Origin: Synechocystis sp. PCC 6803 substr. PCC-P
GTDB lineage: Bacteria > Cyanobacteriota > Cyanobacteriia > Cyanobacteriales > Microcystaceae
Direction: 5' to 3'
DNA: 32,000 bases
Assembly: GCF_000284455.1 (NCBI RefSeq)
Contig: NC_017039.1
Location: 2,010,001-2,042,000, forward strand
Positions 9,377 through 17,925 of the stretch are shown here, piece by piece. Position 1 is the first letter of the stretch, and the number at the start of each line of letters is the position of its first letter. Position numbers and translations under genes: made by a program. Under the pieces are notes generated by a model. That model worked only from the letters and a program-made list of their open reading frames with translations, had not been told where the DNA came from and searched no databases.

Positions 9377-10063
9377 TTAAACCCCTAATTGTTCTTTTAA
9401 ATCCTGTAAACGCTCTTGAGCCTCAGCAATTTGCTCATCCAGATGTTTAGCCATTTCTGTCAAAAGATCTTGACCAGACTGTCGTGCTTGCTCTACTTGC
9501 TCCATTAACTCAAAAAGCTCCGTTTGTCTTAACTCTGCCATATCTCGATGGATGGCTACTAACCGAGAACGACACTGGGCAATCTGACGAATAACCCGAA
9601 TTAACTCCGCTGCAACGCCTTCTCCTTGGACTGAATGAGGATCAGATTCCCAACTAGCTAAAATTTCCCGTAACCGTTGCTCATCGCCTTCTTCGTAGGC
9701 CTGATTTGCCGCGGCCATTAAATTTTGTCGTTTAGCCCTTTCCACCTCATCCGTTGCTAAATCTGGATGAACACGCTTTGCCACCTCTCGATATAGCTTT
9801 TTCAAACCATCCGACGGTTTAAAATTACGGGATGACTCCAAATAGTCCATGTACTCCGTAATCTGCGCTTCAATGCGTTCCAGTTCCGTATAGCGACTTC
9901 CGATCAGTCCTAAATACTGCTGTTCAAAACTATGTAACTCAGCTTGAAAAGTCGTCAATTTAAGCTCATTTTCCGCTAATTCTGACTCTAAAGTTTCAAG
10001 TTCAGCCTTTTTTGCAGTTAACTCTTCTTCTTCCGGACTTGTGTAGATGGTGAGGTCGTCCAT
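9377..10063 (-). CDS. Coiled-coil protein with an internal J-domain-like segment (HPD motif), 228 aa
   Basis: 'GLKKLYREVAKRVHPDLATDEVERAKRQNLMAAANQAYEEGDEQRLREIL' has the J-domain helix II - HPD - helix III layout, flanked by long charged heptad-like helices. Confidence 0.82.
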   Translation of the reverse strand: MDDLTIYTSPEEEELTAKKAELETLESELAENELKLTTFQAELHSFEQQYLGLIGSRYTELERIEAQITEYMDYLESSRNFKPSDGLKKLYREVAKRVHPDLATDEVERAKRQNLMAAANQAYEEGDEQRLREILASWESDPHSVQGEGVAAELIRVIRQIAQCRSRLVAIHRDMAELRQTELFELMEQVEQARQSGQDLLTEMAKHLDEQIAEAQERLQDLKEQLGV

Positions 10064-10279
10064 TGTACTGACTGTTAACTTTAATGTTTTTATCCTAGCT
10101 TATTTATCAACTTTCATAAAGAGCTAAAATCAAAACCAGCTAGCCACTCTGGGGAATTTTGCAGAGCCGATCATCTCTAGACCTATCGTTGCGAATTTTC
10201 CTTTTGTACTGAGATTTCCCCAAAGTAAACATGGTAAGGTTTGAGACCGAGAATTTCAGCAGAGTTGACGGTCGGGTAG

Positions 10280-10972
10280 ATGCATTTACTAATTCCAGCG
10301 GCGGGTTCCGGCAAACGGATGGGGAGCGGTCACAATAAGTTACTTTTAAATGTTTTGGGGCAACCCCTGCTGAGTTGGACAGTGCAGGCGGCATTGGCAT
10401 CCCAGTCCATTGAGTGGATTGGCATCATGGGCCAACCCTACGATTTTCCAGCCTTTGAAGCTCTATTAACTCCCCTCCATAGCCCTAAACCAGTGCAGTT
10501 AATTGTGGGGGGAGATACCCGACAACAATCGGTTTTTAATGGCATCCAAGCTCTGCCCCCGGGGGCGAAATTTGTGTTAATCCACGACGGTGCCCGTTGT
10601 TTGGCTACGCCGGATTTGTTTGATCGTTGCACAGAGGCTCTCCAGCATTGCCAAGGATTAATTGCCGCCATGCCAGTGAAGGACACCATCAAAATAGTTA
10701 ACGCTGATGGTTGGATCACTGACACCCCCGATCGCCAAGGATTGTGGGGAGCCCAAACGCCCCAGGGTTTTGACGTGGCCCTGCTCAAAGCCTGCCATGA
10801 CAAAGGTAAACAGGAAGGTTGGGAAGTAACGGATGATGCGGCCCTGCTGGAAAAATGTGGGCAACCCGTGAAAATAGTGCCAGGGGAAGATACTAACTTG
10901 AAAATTACCACCCCCGTAGATTTGGCGATCGCCGAATTTATTTTGGGGCAGAGGTCGGCAAAATCCGCCTGA
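10280..10972 (+). CDS. ispD: 2-C-methyl-D-erythritol 4-phosphate cytidylyltransferase
   Basis: 'LIPAAGSGKRMGSGHNKLLLNVLGQPLLSWTVQA', 'VLIHDGARCLATPDL', 'WGAQTPQGFDVALLKACH' and 'VTDDAALLEKCGQPVKIVPGEDTNLKITTPVDLAIAE'. Confidence 0.95.
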   Translation: MHLLIPAAGSGKRMGSGHNKLLLNVLGQPLLSWTVQAALASQSIEWIGIMGQPYDFPAFEALLTPLHSPKPVQLIVGGDTRQQSVFNGIQALPPGAKFVLIHDGARCLATPDLFDRCTEALQHCQGLIAAMPVKDTIKIVNADGWITDTPDRQGLWGAQTPQGFDVALLKACHDKGKQEGWEVTDDAALLEKCGQPVKIVPGEDTNLKITTPVDLAIAEFILGQRSAKSA

Positions 10973-11055
10973 AAATAGGCAAATTTCGGGGTTCGGAAAG
11001 ATCAAGCTAGGATGGAAGGGACTTTGAGCCTAGCAATCCAAGGAGACTTTTATCC

Positions 11056-12099
11056 ATGACCGTTAGTGAGATTCATATTCCTAACTCTTTACTAGACCGG
11101 GATTGCACCACCCTTTCACGCCACGTACTCCAACAACTGAATAGCTTTGGGGCCGATGCCCAGGATTTGAGTGCCATCATGAACCGCATTGCCCTAGCGG
11201 GAAAACTGATTGCCCGTCGCCTGAGTCGAGCTGGGTTAATGGCCGATGTGTTGGGCTTCACTGGGGAAACCAACGTCCAGGGGGAATCGGTGAAAAAAAT
11301 GGACGTATTTGCCAATGATGTTTTTATTTCTGTCTTTAAGCAAAGTGGCTTGGTTTGTCGTCTGGCTTCGGAGGAGATGGAAAAACCCTACTATATTCCT
11401 GAAAATTGCCCCATTGGTCGCTATACTTTGCTGTACGACCCCATTGATGGTTCCTCCAACGTGGACATTAACCTCAACGTGGGTTCCATTTTTGCCATTC
11501 GGCAACAGGAAGGGGACGATCTAGACGGCAGTGCGTCAGATTTATTGGCTAACGGAGACAAGCAAATTGCTGCTGGTTATATCCTCTACGGCCCCTCCAC
11601 CATCCTGGTTTATTCCCTCGGCTCCGGAGTGCATAGCTTTATCCTCGATCCCAGTTTGGGGGAATTTATTTTAGCCCAGGAAAATATCCGCATTCCCAAC
11701 CACGGCCCCATTTACAGCACCAATGAAGGTAACTTTTGGCAATGGGATGAAGCCCTGAGGGATTACACCCGTTACGTCCATCGCCACGAAGGTTACACTG
11801 CCCGTTATAGCGGTGCTCTGGTGGGGGATATTCACCGGATTTTGATGCAAGGGGGAGTGTTTCTTTATCCTGGTACGGAAAAAAATCCCGACGGCAAATT
11901 GCGTTTGCTCTATGAAACTGCGCCGCTGGCCTTTTTGGTGGAACAGGCTGGGGGAAGGGCTAGTGACGGCCAAAAACGTTTACTGGACTTAATTCCTTCT
12001 AAATTACATCAGCGTACCCCCGCCATTATTGGCAGCGCAGAAGATGTGAAATTGGTGGAATCTTTCATCAGCGACCACAAACAACGGCAGGGTAATTAG
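11056..12099 (+). CDS. fbp: Class 1 fructose-1,6-bisphosphatase
   Basis: '[10 protein letters not shown]'-like region, '[26 protein letters not shown]', '[14 protein letters not shown]' and '[11 protein letters not shown]' match class I FBPase. Confidence 0.95.
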   Translation: MTVSEIHIPNSLLDRDCTTLSRHVLQQLNSFGADAQDLSAIMNRIALAGKLIARRLSRAGLMADVLGFTGETNVQGESVKKMDVFANDVFISVFKQSGLVCRLASEEMEKPYYIPENCPIGRYTLLYDPIDGSSNVDINLNVGSIFAIRQQEGDDLDGSASDLLANGDKQIAAGYILYGPSTILVYSLGSGVHSFILDPSLGEFILAQENIRIPNHGPIYSTNEGNFWQWDEALRDYTRYVHRHEGYTARYSGALVGDIHRILMQGGVFLYPGTEKNPDGKLRLLYETAPLAFLVEQAGGRASDGQKRLLDLIPSKLHQRTPAIIGSAEDVKLVESFISDHKQRQGN

Positions 12100-12140
12100 T
12101 TTACTTAATCACTGCAAATCGTTTGAGGTCTAGGAACGTC

Positions 12141-12201
12141 TTTTAAAAGCCCCCTAGCCCCCCAATTCTGGGGGGAATAGTGTTCAAAGTCCCCCAAATT
12201 T
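12141..12201 (+). repeat. Dispersed palindromic G/C-block repeat, copy B
   Basis: 'TTTTAAAAGCCCCCTAGCCCCCCAATTCTGGGGGGAATAGTGTTCAAAGTCCCCCAAATTTG' closely resembles the reverse complement of copy A. Confidence 0.7.
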
Positions 12202-12305
12202 GCCGGAGCTTTAGTGAAGACATTTGGAGAGTGGATCATGACTTTTCAAACATACTCTAACGCCGGAGATTCAACTTTGTTGGTAAATCTACATTGATCA
12301 ATCCT

Positions 12306-13040
12306 ATGCGACAGTTATTGCTAATTTCTGACCTGGACAATACCTGGGTCGGAGATCAACAAGCCCTGGAACATTTGCAAGAATATCTAGGCGATCGCCG
12401 GGGAAATTTTTATTTGGCCTATGCCACGGGGCGTTCCTACCATTCCGCGAGGGAGTTGCAAAAACAGGTGGGACTCATGGAACCGGACTATTGGCTCACC
12501 GCGGTGGGGAGTGAAATTTACCATCCAGAAGGCCTGGACCAACATTGGGCTGATTACCTCTCTGAGCATTGGCAACGGGATATCCTCCAGGCGATCGCCG
12601 ATGGTTTTGAGGCCTTAAAACCCCAATCTCCCTTGGAACAAAACCCATGGAAAATTAGCTATCATCTCGATCCCCAGGCTTGCCCCACCGTCATCGACCA
12701 ATTAACGGAGATGTTGAAGGAAACCGGCATCCCGGTGCAGGTGATTTTCAGCAGTGGCAAAGATGTGGATTTATTGCCCCAACGGAGTAACAAAGGTAAC
12801 GCCACCCAATATCTGCAACAACATTTAGCCATGGAGCCGTCTCAAACCCTGGTGTGTGGGGACTCCGGCAATGATATTGGCTTATTTGAAACTTCCGCTC
12901 GGGGTGTCATTGTCCGTAATGCCCAGCCGGAATTATTGCACTGGTATGACCAATGGGGGGATTCTCGTCATTATCGGGCCCAATCGAGCCATGCTGGCGC
13001 TATCCTAGAGGCGATCGCCCATTTCGATTTTTTGAGCTGA
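12306..13040 (+). CDS. spp: Sucrose-6-phosphate phosphatase, HAD superfamily
   Basis: 'MRQLLLISDLDNTWVGDQ' catalytic aspartates and 'CGDSGNDIGLFE'. The 244-aa product matches my recollection of Synechocystis SPP. Start set at ATG 12306, not TTG 12294. Confidence 0.96.
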   Translation: MRQLLLISDLDNTWVGDQQALEHLQEYLGDRRGNFYLAYATGRSYHSARELQKQVGLMEPDYWLTAVGSEIYHPEGLDQHWADYLSEHWQRDILQAIADGFEALKPQSPLEQNPWKISYHLDPQACPTVIDQLTEMLKETGIPVQVIFSSGKDVDLLPQRSNKGNATQYLQQHLAMEPSQTLVCGDSGNDIGLFETSARGVIVRNAQPELLHWYDQWGDSRHYRAQSSHAGAILEAIAHFDFLS

Positions 13041-13123
13041 TATTTTAGTTAACAATTCCGAATGGGCAAGCAAAGTAAGCTACAATTTGACATTGTTCAA
13101 TTTTGAGTACAGGGTGTAAAGCC

Positions 13124-13130
13124 GAGGAGG
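13124..13130 (+). promoter_or_regulatory. Strong Shine-Dalgarno (GAGGAGG) of the STAS-domain gene
   Basis: GAGGAGG lies 5 nt upstream of in-frame ATT (13136), and inside the ORF if TTG 13103 were used. Confidence 0.6.
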
Positions 13131-13135
13131 GCGTT

Positions 13136-13504
13136 ATTGCTGAGCCACTAAACTTGACGGTCAGTTTGCGCGGGACATTAGAAGTCAAGGAAAAGTTACA
13201 AATCTTCCGTCTGACGGGTTTGTTGGACGCATTTTCCGAGCCTACCTTCCGTAAGGTAGTCAGCGATCACATCGAAGCAGGGCCTCCCCATGTGGTGCTG
13301 GACTTGTCCACCATTGATTTTATTGATAGCTCTGGCCTAGGAGCTTTGGTGCAGGTAACCAAACTTTCCCAAAACAAACAGGGAAGTGTACAGATTGTCA
13401 CCAACCCTAGGGTTACCCAAACGGTAAAACTGGTGCGTTTGGAAAAATTCCTCCATCTCCATAATTCCCTGGCTGAGGCGATCGCCGCTACCACTGAGGG
13501 GTAA
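13136..13504 (+). CDS. STAS-domain protein (anti-sigma-factor antagonist, SpoIIAA/RsbV-like), probable ATT start
   Basis: 'HVVLDLSTIDFIDSSGLGALVQVTKLSQNKQGSVQIVT' is the STAS core around the phosphorylatable Ser. The track ORF starts at TTG 13103. A strong Shine-Dalgarno GAGGAGG (13124-13130) lies 5 nt before an in-frame ATT (13136). Confidence 0.85.
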   Translation: MAEPLNLTVSLRGTLEVKEKLQIFRLTGLLDAFSEPTFRKVVSDHIEAGPPHVVLDLSTIDFIDSSGLGALVQVTKLSQNKQGSVQIVTNPRVTQTVKLVRLEKFLHLHNSLAEAIAATTEG

Positions 13505-13576
13505 TGATGGTTGGTTGTTCACGGGTGGTCCAACCATGGTGGTGCTGTCCCGTTTTGACTGCAATGGGGAGGTGCC

Positions 13577-14008
13577 ATGACCCAGTTTGATGACCATCCC
13601 CTTTGGCAATCTTCCCTGAACCCCGCTGATGCCCCTGCGGTACAGTCCCTATCCCCCGTGGCCCTGGCCTATCTAGGAGATGCTGTTTTTGAACTTTATG
13701 TCCGTTGTTGTTATCTGTTTCCCCCCCGTCGCATAGGGGATTTTCACCGTCGGGTAGTGGCCCAAGTTCGAGCTGAACAACAGGCCCAAATTTTAACCAC
13801 CCTTTTACCCCAATTAACCGACCCAGAAAAGGAATGGGTGCGTCGGGGTCGTAATGCCGCCACATCTACCTCCCGGCGAGCTAATCCCGAACTGTACCAG
13901 GCCGCCAGTGGTTTAGAAACTCTTTTAGGTTATTTATACCTCAGGGATGCCCGTCGACTAGATGAACTATTAGCCTTAATTGAACTGCCCGACGCCGCCC
14001 CCCGTTAG
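13577..14008 (+). CDS. mrnC: Mini-ribonuclease III (RNase III catalytic domain without dsRBD)
   Basis: 'SPVALAYLGDAVFELYVRCCYLFPPRRIGDFHRRVVAQVRAEQQAQIL...EWVRRGRNA' and 'ASGLETLLGYLYL'. GGGAGGT upstream of the ATG. Confidence 0.92.
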   Translation: MTQFDDHPLWQSSLNPADAPAVQSLSPVALAYLGDAVFELYVRCCYLFPPRRIGDFHRRVVAQVRAEQQAQILTTLLPQLTDPEKEWVRRGRNAATSTSRRANPELYQAASGLETLLGYLYLRDARRLDELLALIELPDAAPR

Positions 14009-14020
14009 CCCCCGAAAGTC

Positions 14021-15175
14021 ATGACTGAAATGCCCAAGAAGAAATTTTCTCCCCGTTCTGCCCGTGGAGATAAGCCCCGCTATGGAGAGCAGAAACCCAA
14101 ACTAAAGCGCAGTGGAGATAAACCCCGCTTTAACGATGACCAGCCCCAGGGTTTTAAAGAAAAATCCGATCGCTTCCAGGATAAGCCCCGTCCCCGGACC
14201 AACGACGATAAACCCCGACGGGCTGGGGATAAGCCCAGCAACTTTAAGAGTCGTTTTAAAGATAAAGACAGGGATAAACCCCGCTACGGTGACGATAGAC
14301 CCCGGCGATCGGGCCAGAAGCCTCCCTTTGGCAAAACTTTTCCTGCTGCTCCCCCGCCGATGGACTCCGAGCAAGCCCAGGAAGCCTTGGATTTACTCTA
14401 CGGCCACCATGCTGTTCTAGCGGCCCTAGACGGCGATCGCCAATTGAACCGCATTTGGATTACTTCCCATCTCCGCCACGACATCCGCTACCGCACTAAA
14501 ATTCAAACCGCTAAGGCCAACGGCACGGTAGTGGATGAGGTCGATAATTTTCGCCTGAACCAAATCACCCACAACGCCAATCACCAAGGCATTGCCGCCC
14601 AAGTAGCCCCCTACCACTACTGGGAACTGGGGGATCTGATTGATAAAGCTAAAAGCCAAAGCACTGCTCCAGTTTTGATCATCATCGACAGCATCACCGA
14701 TCCCCATAACCTGGGGGCAATTATTCGTACCGCCGAAGCGTTTGGGGCCCAGGGCATGGTGTTACCCCAACGGCGGGTAGCCGGGATCACTTCCACAGTG
14801 ATGAAAGTGGCCGCTGGCGCCTTGGAACATTTCCCCGTGGCCCGGGTGGTAAATCTTAGCCGTGCGTTGGAAACATTGAAGGAGTCTGGCTTTTGGATCT
14901 ATGGCACCGTAGCAGGGAAACAAACTGCTCTGCATCAAGCGGATTTGCGAGAACCCATGGGGTTAGTAATTGGCTCGGAAGGAGAGGGATTGAGCTTGCT
15001 CACCCAAAAACACTGTGACCATCTAATTACCATTCCTTTAGCCGGTAAAACCCCCAGTCTGAATGCTTCTGTGGCGGCGGCCATCAGTCTTTATGAAATT
15101 TTTCGCCAACGGGGTTTTGATCGCCCCACCCTATCCCACACTGCCTCCGACTTACGAGAAGTTTCCGAGGATTAG
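14021..15175 (+). CDS. rlmB: SpoU/TrmH-family RNA 2'-O-methyltransferase (RlmB-like) with long basic repetitive N-terminal extension
   Basis: Catalytic motifs '[33 protein letters not shown]', '[48 protein letters not shown]'. Residues up to about 115 are rich in K/R/D/P. Confidence 0.93.
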   Translation: MTEMPKKKFSPRSARGDKPRYGEQKPKLKRSGDKPRFNDDQPQGFKEKSDRFQDKPRPRTNDDKPRRAGDKPSNFKSRFKDKDRDKPRYGDDRPRRSGQKPPFGKTFPAAPPPMDSEQAQEALDLLYGHHAVLAALDGDRQLNRIWITSHLRHDIRYRTKIQTAKANGTVVDEVDNFRLNQITHNANHQGIAAQVAPYHYWELGDLIDKAKSQSTAPVLIIIDSITDPHNLGAIIRTAEAFGAQGMVLPQRRVAGITSTVMKVAAGALEHFPVARVVNLSRALETLKESGFWIYGTVAGKQTALHQADLREPMGLVIGSEGEGLSLLTQKHCDHLITIPLAGKTPSLNASVAAAISLYEIFRQRGFDRPTLSHTASDLREVSED

Positions 15176-15254
15176 GAAAAGAAGGGACAAGGTAGCAGAT
15201 TTAATTACGATTCTGCCGGCAATGTAACAAAATATTGCGGATTGGAAAGTTAAA

Positions 15255-15566
15255 ATGACAGCAAACAAATCCCATTACCTTGTCTCTATCCCTACCCAAA
15301 GTCCTATGAAAGAACTGTGGATCCGTGTTTTATCCTTGCTGGGCATGGCTCACTGGGTTGTAATTAGCACCGGCGCTCCTCGCTGTACCTATTATTTTGG
15401 CCCCTTTGCCCGCCGTAGTAGTGCGGAAAAAGCCCAGCTAGGCTACCTGGAGGATTTGCGGGGAGAAGGAGCCCAGGATATTCAGGTAACCGTCAAGCAA
15501 TGTAAGCCCGCCCGCTTGACCATTTTTGATGAGGCAGAGGAGTTAATGCCTATCCTTTCTCCCTAG
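15255..15566 (+). CDS. DUF1816-like conserved cyanobacterial protein
   Basis: 'ELWIRVLSLLGMAHWVVISTGAPRCTYYFGPFARRSSAEKAQLGYLEDLRGEGAQDIQVTVKQCKPARLTI' resembles the DUF1816 pattern. Confidence 0.75.
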   Translation: MTANKSHYLVSIPTQSPMKELWIRVLSLLGMAHWVVISTGAPRCTYYFGPFARRSSAEKAQLGYLEDLRGEGAQDIQVTVKQCKPARLTIFDEAEELMPILSP

Positions 15567-15702
15567 TACTGAAAGCGTTACCTTTTTACCACGCTCAGTT
15601 TTCCCAGTCTGGCCCAATTCCTGGCGATCGCCGTTGGGCCTGGGTGTGGCTTTGATGGAGAATAATGGGAAGACTGTCCATTGATTTTTGCCTTCCCTGC
15701 CC

Positions 15703-17154
15703 ATGACCCTGCGCCTGTACGATTCCCTCACCCGAGCCAAACAACCCCTGCAACCTCTCCACCCTGGCCTGGTGACAATGTACTGTTGCGGCATCACCGT
15801 CTATGACTATTGCCACCTAGGCCACGCCCGTACCTGCATTACCTGGGATTTGGTGCGTCGTTACCTGCAATGGTCGGGTTATGAGGTGCGCTATGTGCAA
15901 AATTTCACTGATATTGACGACAAAATCCTCAAACGGGCAGTGGACGAAAGCTCCACCATGGAGGCGGTGTCAGAAAAATTTATCGCCGCCTATTTTGAAG
16001 ATATGGAAGCGTTGGGAGTGCAACCAGCGGATCTTTACCCCAGGGCTACCCACACCCTAGATGGCATTAAAAGGTTAATTGCGGAGTTGGAAGCTAAGGG
16101 CTACGCCTATCCCAGCGGTGGAGATGTCTATTACTCAGTGCGTAATTTTGACGGCTACGGCAAGCTCTCTGGACGCAGGCTAGAGGATTTGCAGGCGGGG
16201 GCCAGCGGCCGGGTGACAGTGGCCGATCCCGATGGAGCCCAAAAACAGGACCCGTTTGATTTCGCCTTATGGAAAAGCGCTAAACCGGGGGAACCGGCCT
16301 GGGAATCTCCTTGGGGTAAGGGGCGGCCGGGCTGGCACATTGAATGTTCCGCCATGGTGAGGGAATTTTTAGGGGAAACTATTGATCTACATGTGGGGGG
16401 CAATGATTTAATTTTTCCCCACCACGAAAATGAAATTGCCCAATCGGAGGCGGTGACGGGTCAACCCCTGGCCCAGTATTGGCTCCATAACGGCATGGTG
16501 AAGGTAGATGGAGAAAAAATGTCCAAATCCCTGGGGAACTTCACCACCATTCGGGCTTTGCTAAAAACCGTTGACCCCATGGCAATCAGACTTTTGGTTC
16601 TCCAAGGTCATTACCGTAAACCGCTAGATTTCACCGAGACGGCGATCGCCGCCGCCACTAATGGTTGGCACACGCTAAGGGAAGGTTTGCAATTTGGCTA
16701 TGACTACGGTGGAGATTTTGGCTGGGAGTTGGCATTTACCCCCCTAGGCCCCGACGCGAACCAATGGACGGTGGCATTCCAGGAGGCGGTGGACGATGAC
16801 TTTAATTTTGCCGGTGGTTTGGCCGTAATGTTTGAATTGGCCAAGCATCTACGGTCTGAGGGCAATAAATTAAAATTTGAGGGGTCCACCCCCGCCGATC
16901 TGGATTTGTTGCAAACCCAATGGATTACTTTGGTCAGTCTGGCAGAGATTCTGGGTTTAAGTATTAATCCCGAGTCCCAATCTAGCAACGATAATGGTTT
17001 GACTGATGGGGATATTGAACAACTGGTGGCCCAACGCACCCAAGCCCGAAAAGATAAAAACTGGGCCGAAGGCGATCGCCTCAGGGATGTGCTGCAGGAA
17101 GCGGGGATCACATTGGTGGATAAACCCGGTGGGCTAACGGAATGGTTCCGCTAG
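15703..17154 (+). CDS. cysS: Cysteinyl-tRNA synthetase
   Basis: 'YCCGITVYDYCHLGHARTCITWDLVRRYL', 'GWHIECSAM', 'HHENEIAQSEA' and 'KMSKSLGNF' (KMSKS). ATG at 15703 preferred to TTG at 15688. Confidence 0.97.
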   Translation: MTLRLYDSLTRAKQPLQPLHPGLVTMYCCGITVYDYCHLGHARTCITWDLVRRYLQWSGYEVRYVQNFTDIDDKILKRAVDESSTMEAVSEKFIAAYFEDMEALGVQPADLYPRATHTLDGIKRLIAELEAKGYAYPSGGDVYYSVRNFDGYGKLSGRRLEDLQAGASGRVTVADPDGAQKQDPFDFALWKSAKPGEPAWESPWGKGRPGWHIECSAMVREFLGETIDLHVGGNDLIFPHHENEIAQSEAVTGQPLAQYWLHNGMVKVDGEKMSKSLGNFTTIRALLKTVDPMAIRLLVLQGHYRKPLDFTETAIAAATNGWHTLREGLQFGYDYGGDFGWELAFTPLGPDANQWTVAFQEAVDDDFNFAGGLAVMFELAKHLRSEGNKLKFEGSTPADLDLLQTQWITLVSLAEILGLSINPESQSSNDNGLTDGDIEQLVAQRTQARKDKNWAEGDRLRDVLQEAGITLVDKPGGLTEWFR

Positions 17155-17184
17155 TCCAACTTTGTGGGATAATTTAGTTTATTG

Positions 17185-17772
17185 TTACCAAAAATCTTTA
17201 AGGGAGTAACCCAACCGTTGCAACAATGACCGCAGAATGGGCAAGCTCAGGCCAATCACGTTGCTGGAACAACCATCCAGTTTATTAATTAACATTCCCC
17301 CTTTGCCTTCCAGGGCAAACGCCCCAGCACATTGGAGGGGTTCCCCACTACCCACGTAGGCTTGGATGGTGTCGTCATCCACATCAGCAAAATGAACTTT
17401 GGTTAACCCCGTTTGGCACAGGCAACGGTTTTGGGTGCGGTCAATCAAGGCATGGCCCGTGTACAGTTCCCCCACCTGACCCCGCATGGTTTGCCAACGG
17501 GCGATCGCCACCGCGGGCGACTCTGGTTTACCGTAGGTTTGACCATTAACCAATAAAAGGGAATCACAGCCGAGGACGAGGGCATCAGCGAATTTACTGG
17601 CCACCGTTCCTGCTTTAGCCTTGGCCAGAGCTTCCACCAGGGCCACTGTGTTGTCGGCGGCTAAGGAAGATTCATCGAAATGGCTCACGGCCACTAGGGG
17701 GCTAATGCCGGCCATTTCCAGCAAACGTTTGCGGGCGGGGGAAGCAGAAGCAAGAACAAAAGTTGGAGGCAT
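17185..17772 (-). CDS. maf: Maf/HAM1-type nucleoside triphosphate pyrophosphatase
   Basis: 'FVLASASPARKRLLEMAGI', 'LGCDSLLLVNG', 'VGSGEPLQCAGAFALEGKGGMLINKLDGCSSNVIGLSLP'. Confidence 0.94.
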   Translation of the reverse strand: MPPTFVLASASPARKRLLEMAGISPLVAVSHFDESSLAADNTVALVEALAKAKAGTVASKFADALVLGCDSLLLVNGQTYGKPESPAVAIARWQTMRGQVGELYTGHALIDRTQNRCLCQTGLTKVHFADVDDDTIQAYVGSGEPLQCAGAFALEGKGGMLINKLDGCSSNVIGLSLPILRSLLQRLGYSLKDFW

Positions 17773-17880
17773 AATCGTTGTTTTTTAACACTCATTGTAC
17801 TACAAAGGCAATGCTCCCCGAGGGGGATAACCGGCCTGGCCAAAAGGGGGCGATGGGTTATGCTAGCTTCGTTAACACAG

Positions 17881-17924
17881 CCGTCCCTGAGCCAAGGACG
17901 GGGTTTTAGACCCAGTTTTTTTTT
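17881..17924 (+). promoter_or_regulatory. Candidate hairpin(s) plus T9 tract directly 5' of the CPBP protease start codon
   Basis: CCGTCC(17881-17886)-N9-GGACGG(17896-17901), then GGG-TTTTAGA-CCC, then TTTTTTTTT (17916-17924), then G-ATG (17926). Confidence 0.4.
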
Positions 17925-17925
17925 G

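Noticed and set aside
10140-10400. 86-aa minus-strand ORF overlapping the ispD start
   Set aside because: Antisense to the confident ispD N-terminus, with Ser/Pro-rich composition typical of an antisense chance frame.
10438-10911. 157-aa minus-strand ORF antisense to ispD
   Set aside because: Fully inside ispD on the opposite strand. The sequence 'SWQALSRATSKPWGVWAPHNPWRS' is typical translated-antisense noise.
13488-13865. 125-aa minus-strand ORF antisense to mrnC and its upstream gap
   Set aside because: Overlaps the strongly supported mini-RNase III gene. Gly/His-rich composition matches an antisense frame.
16704-17111. 135-aa minus-strand ORF antisense to cysS
   Set aside because: Entirely within cysS with Ser/Pro-rich non-protein-like composition.
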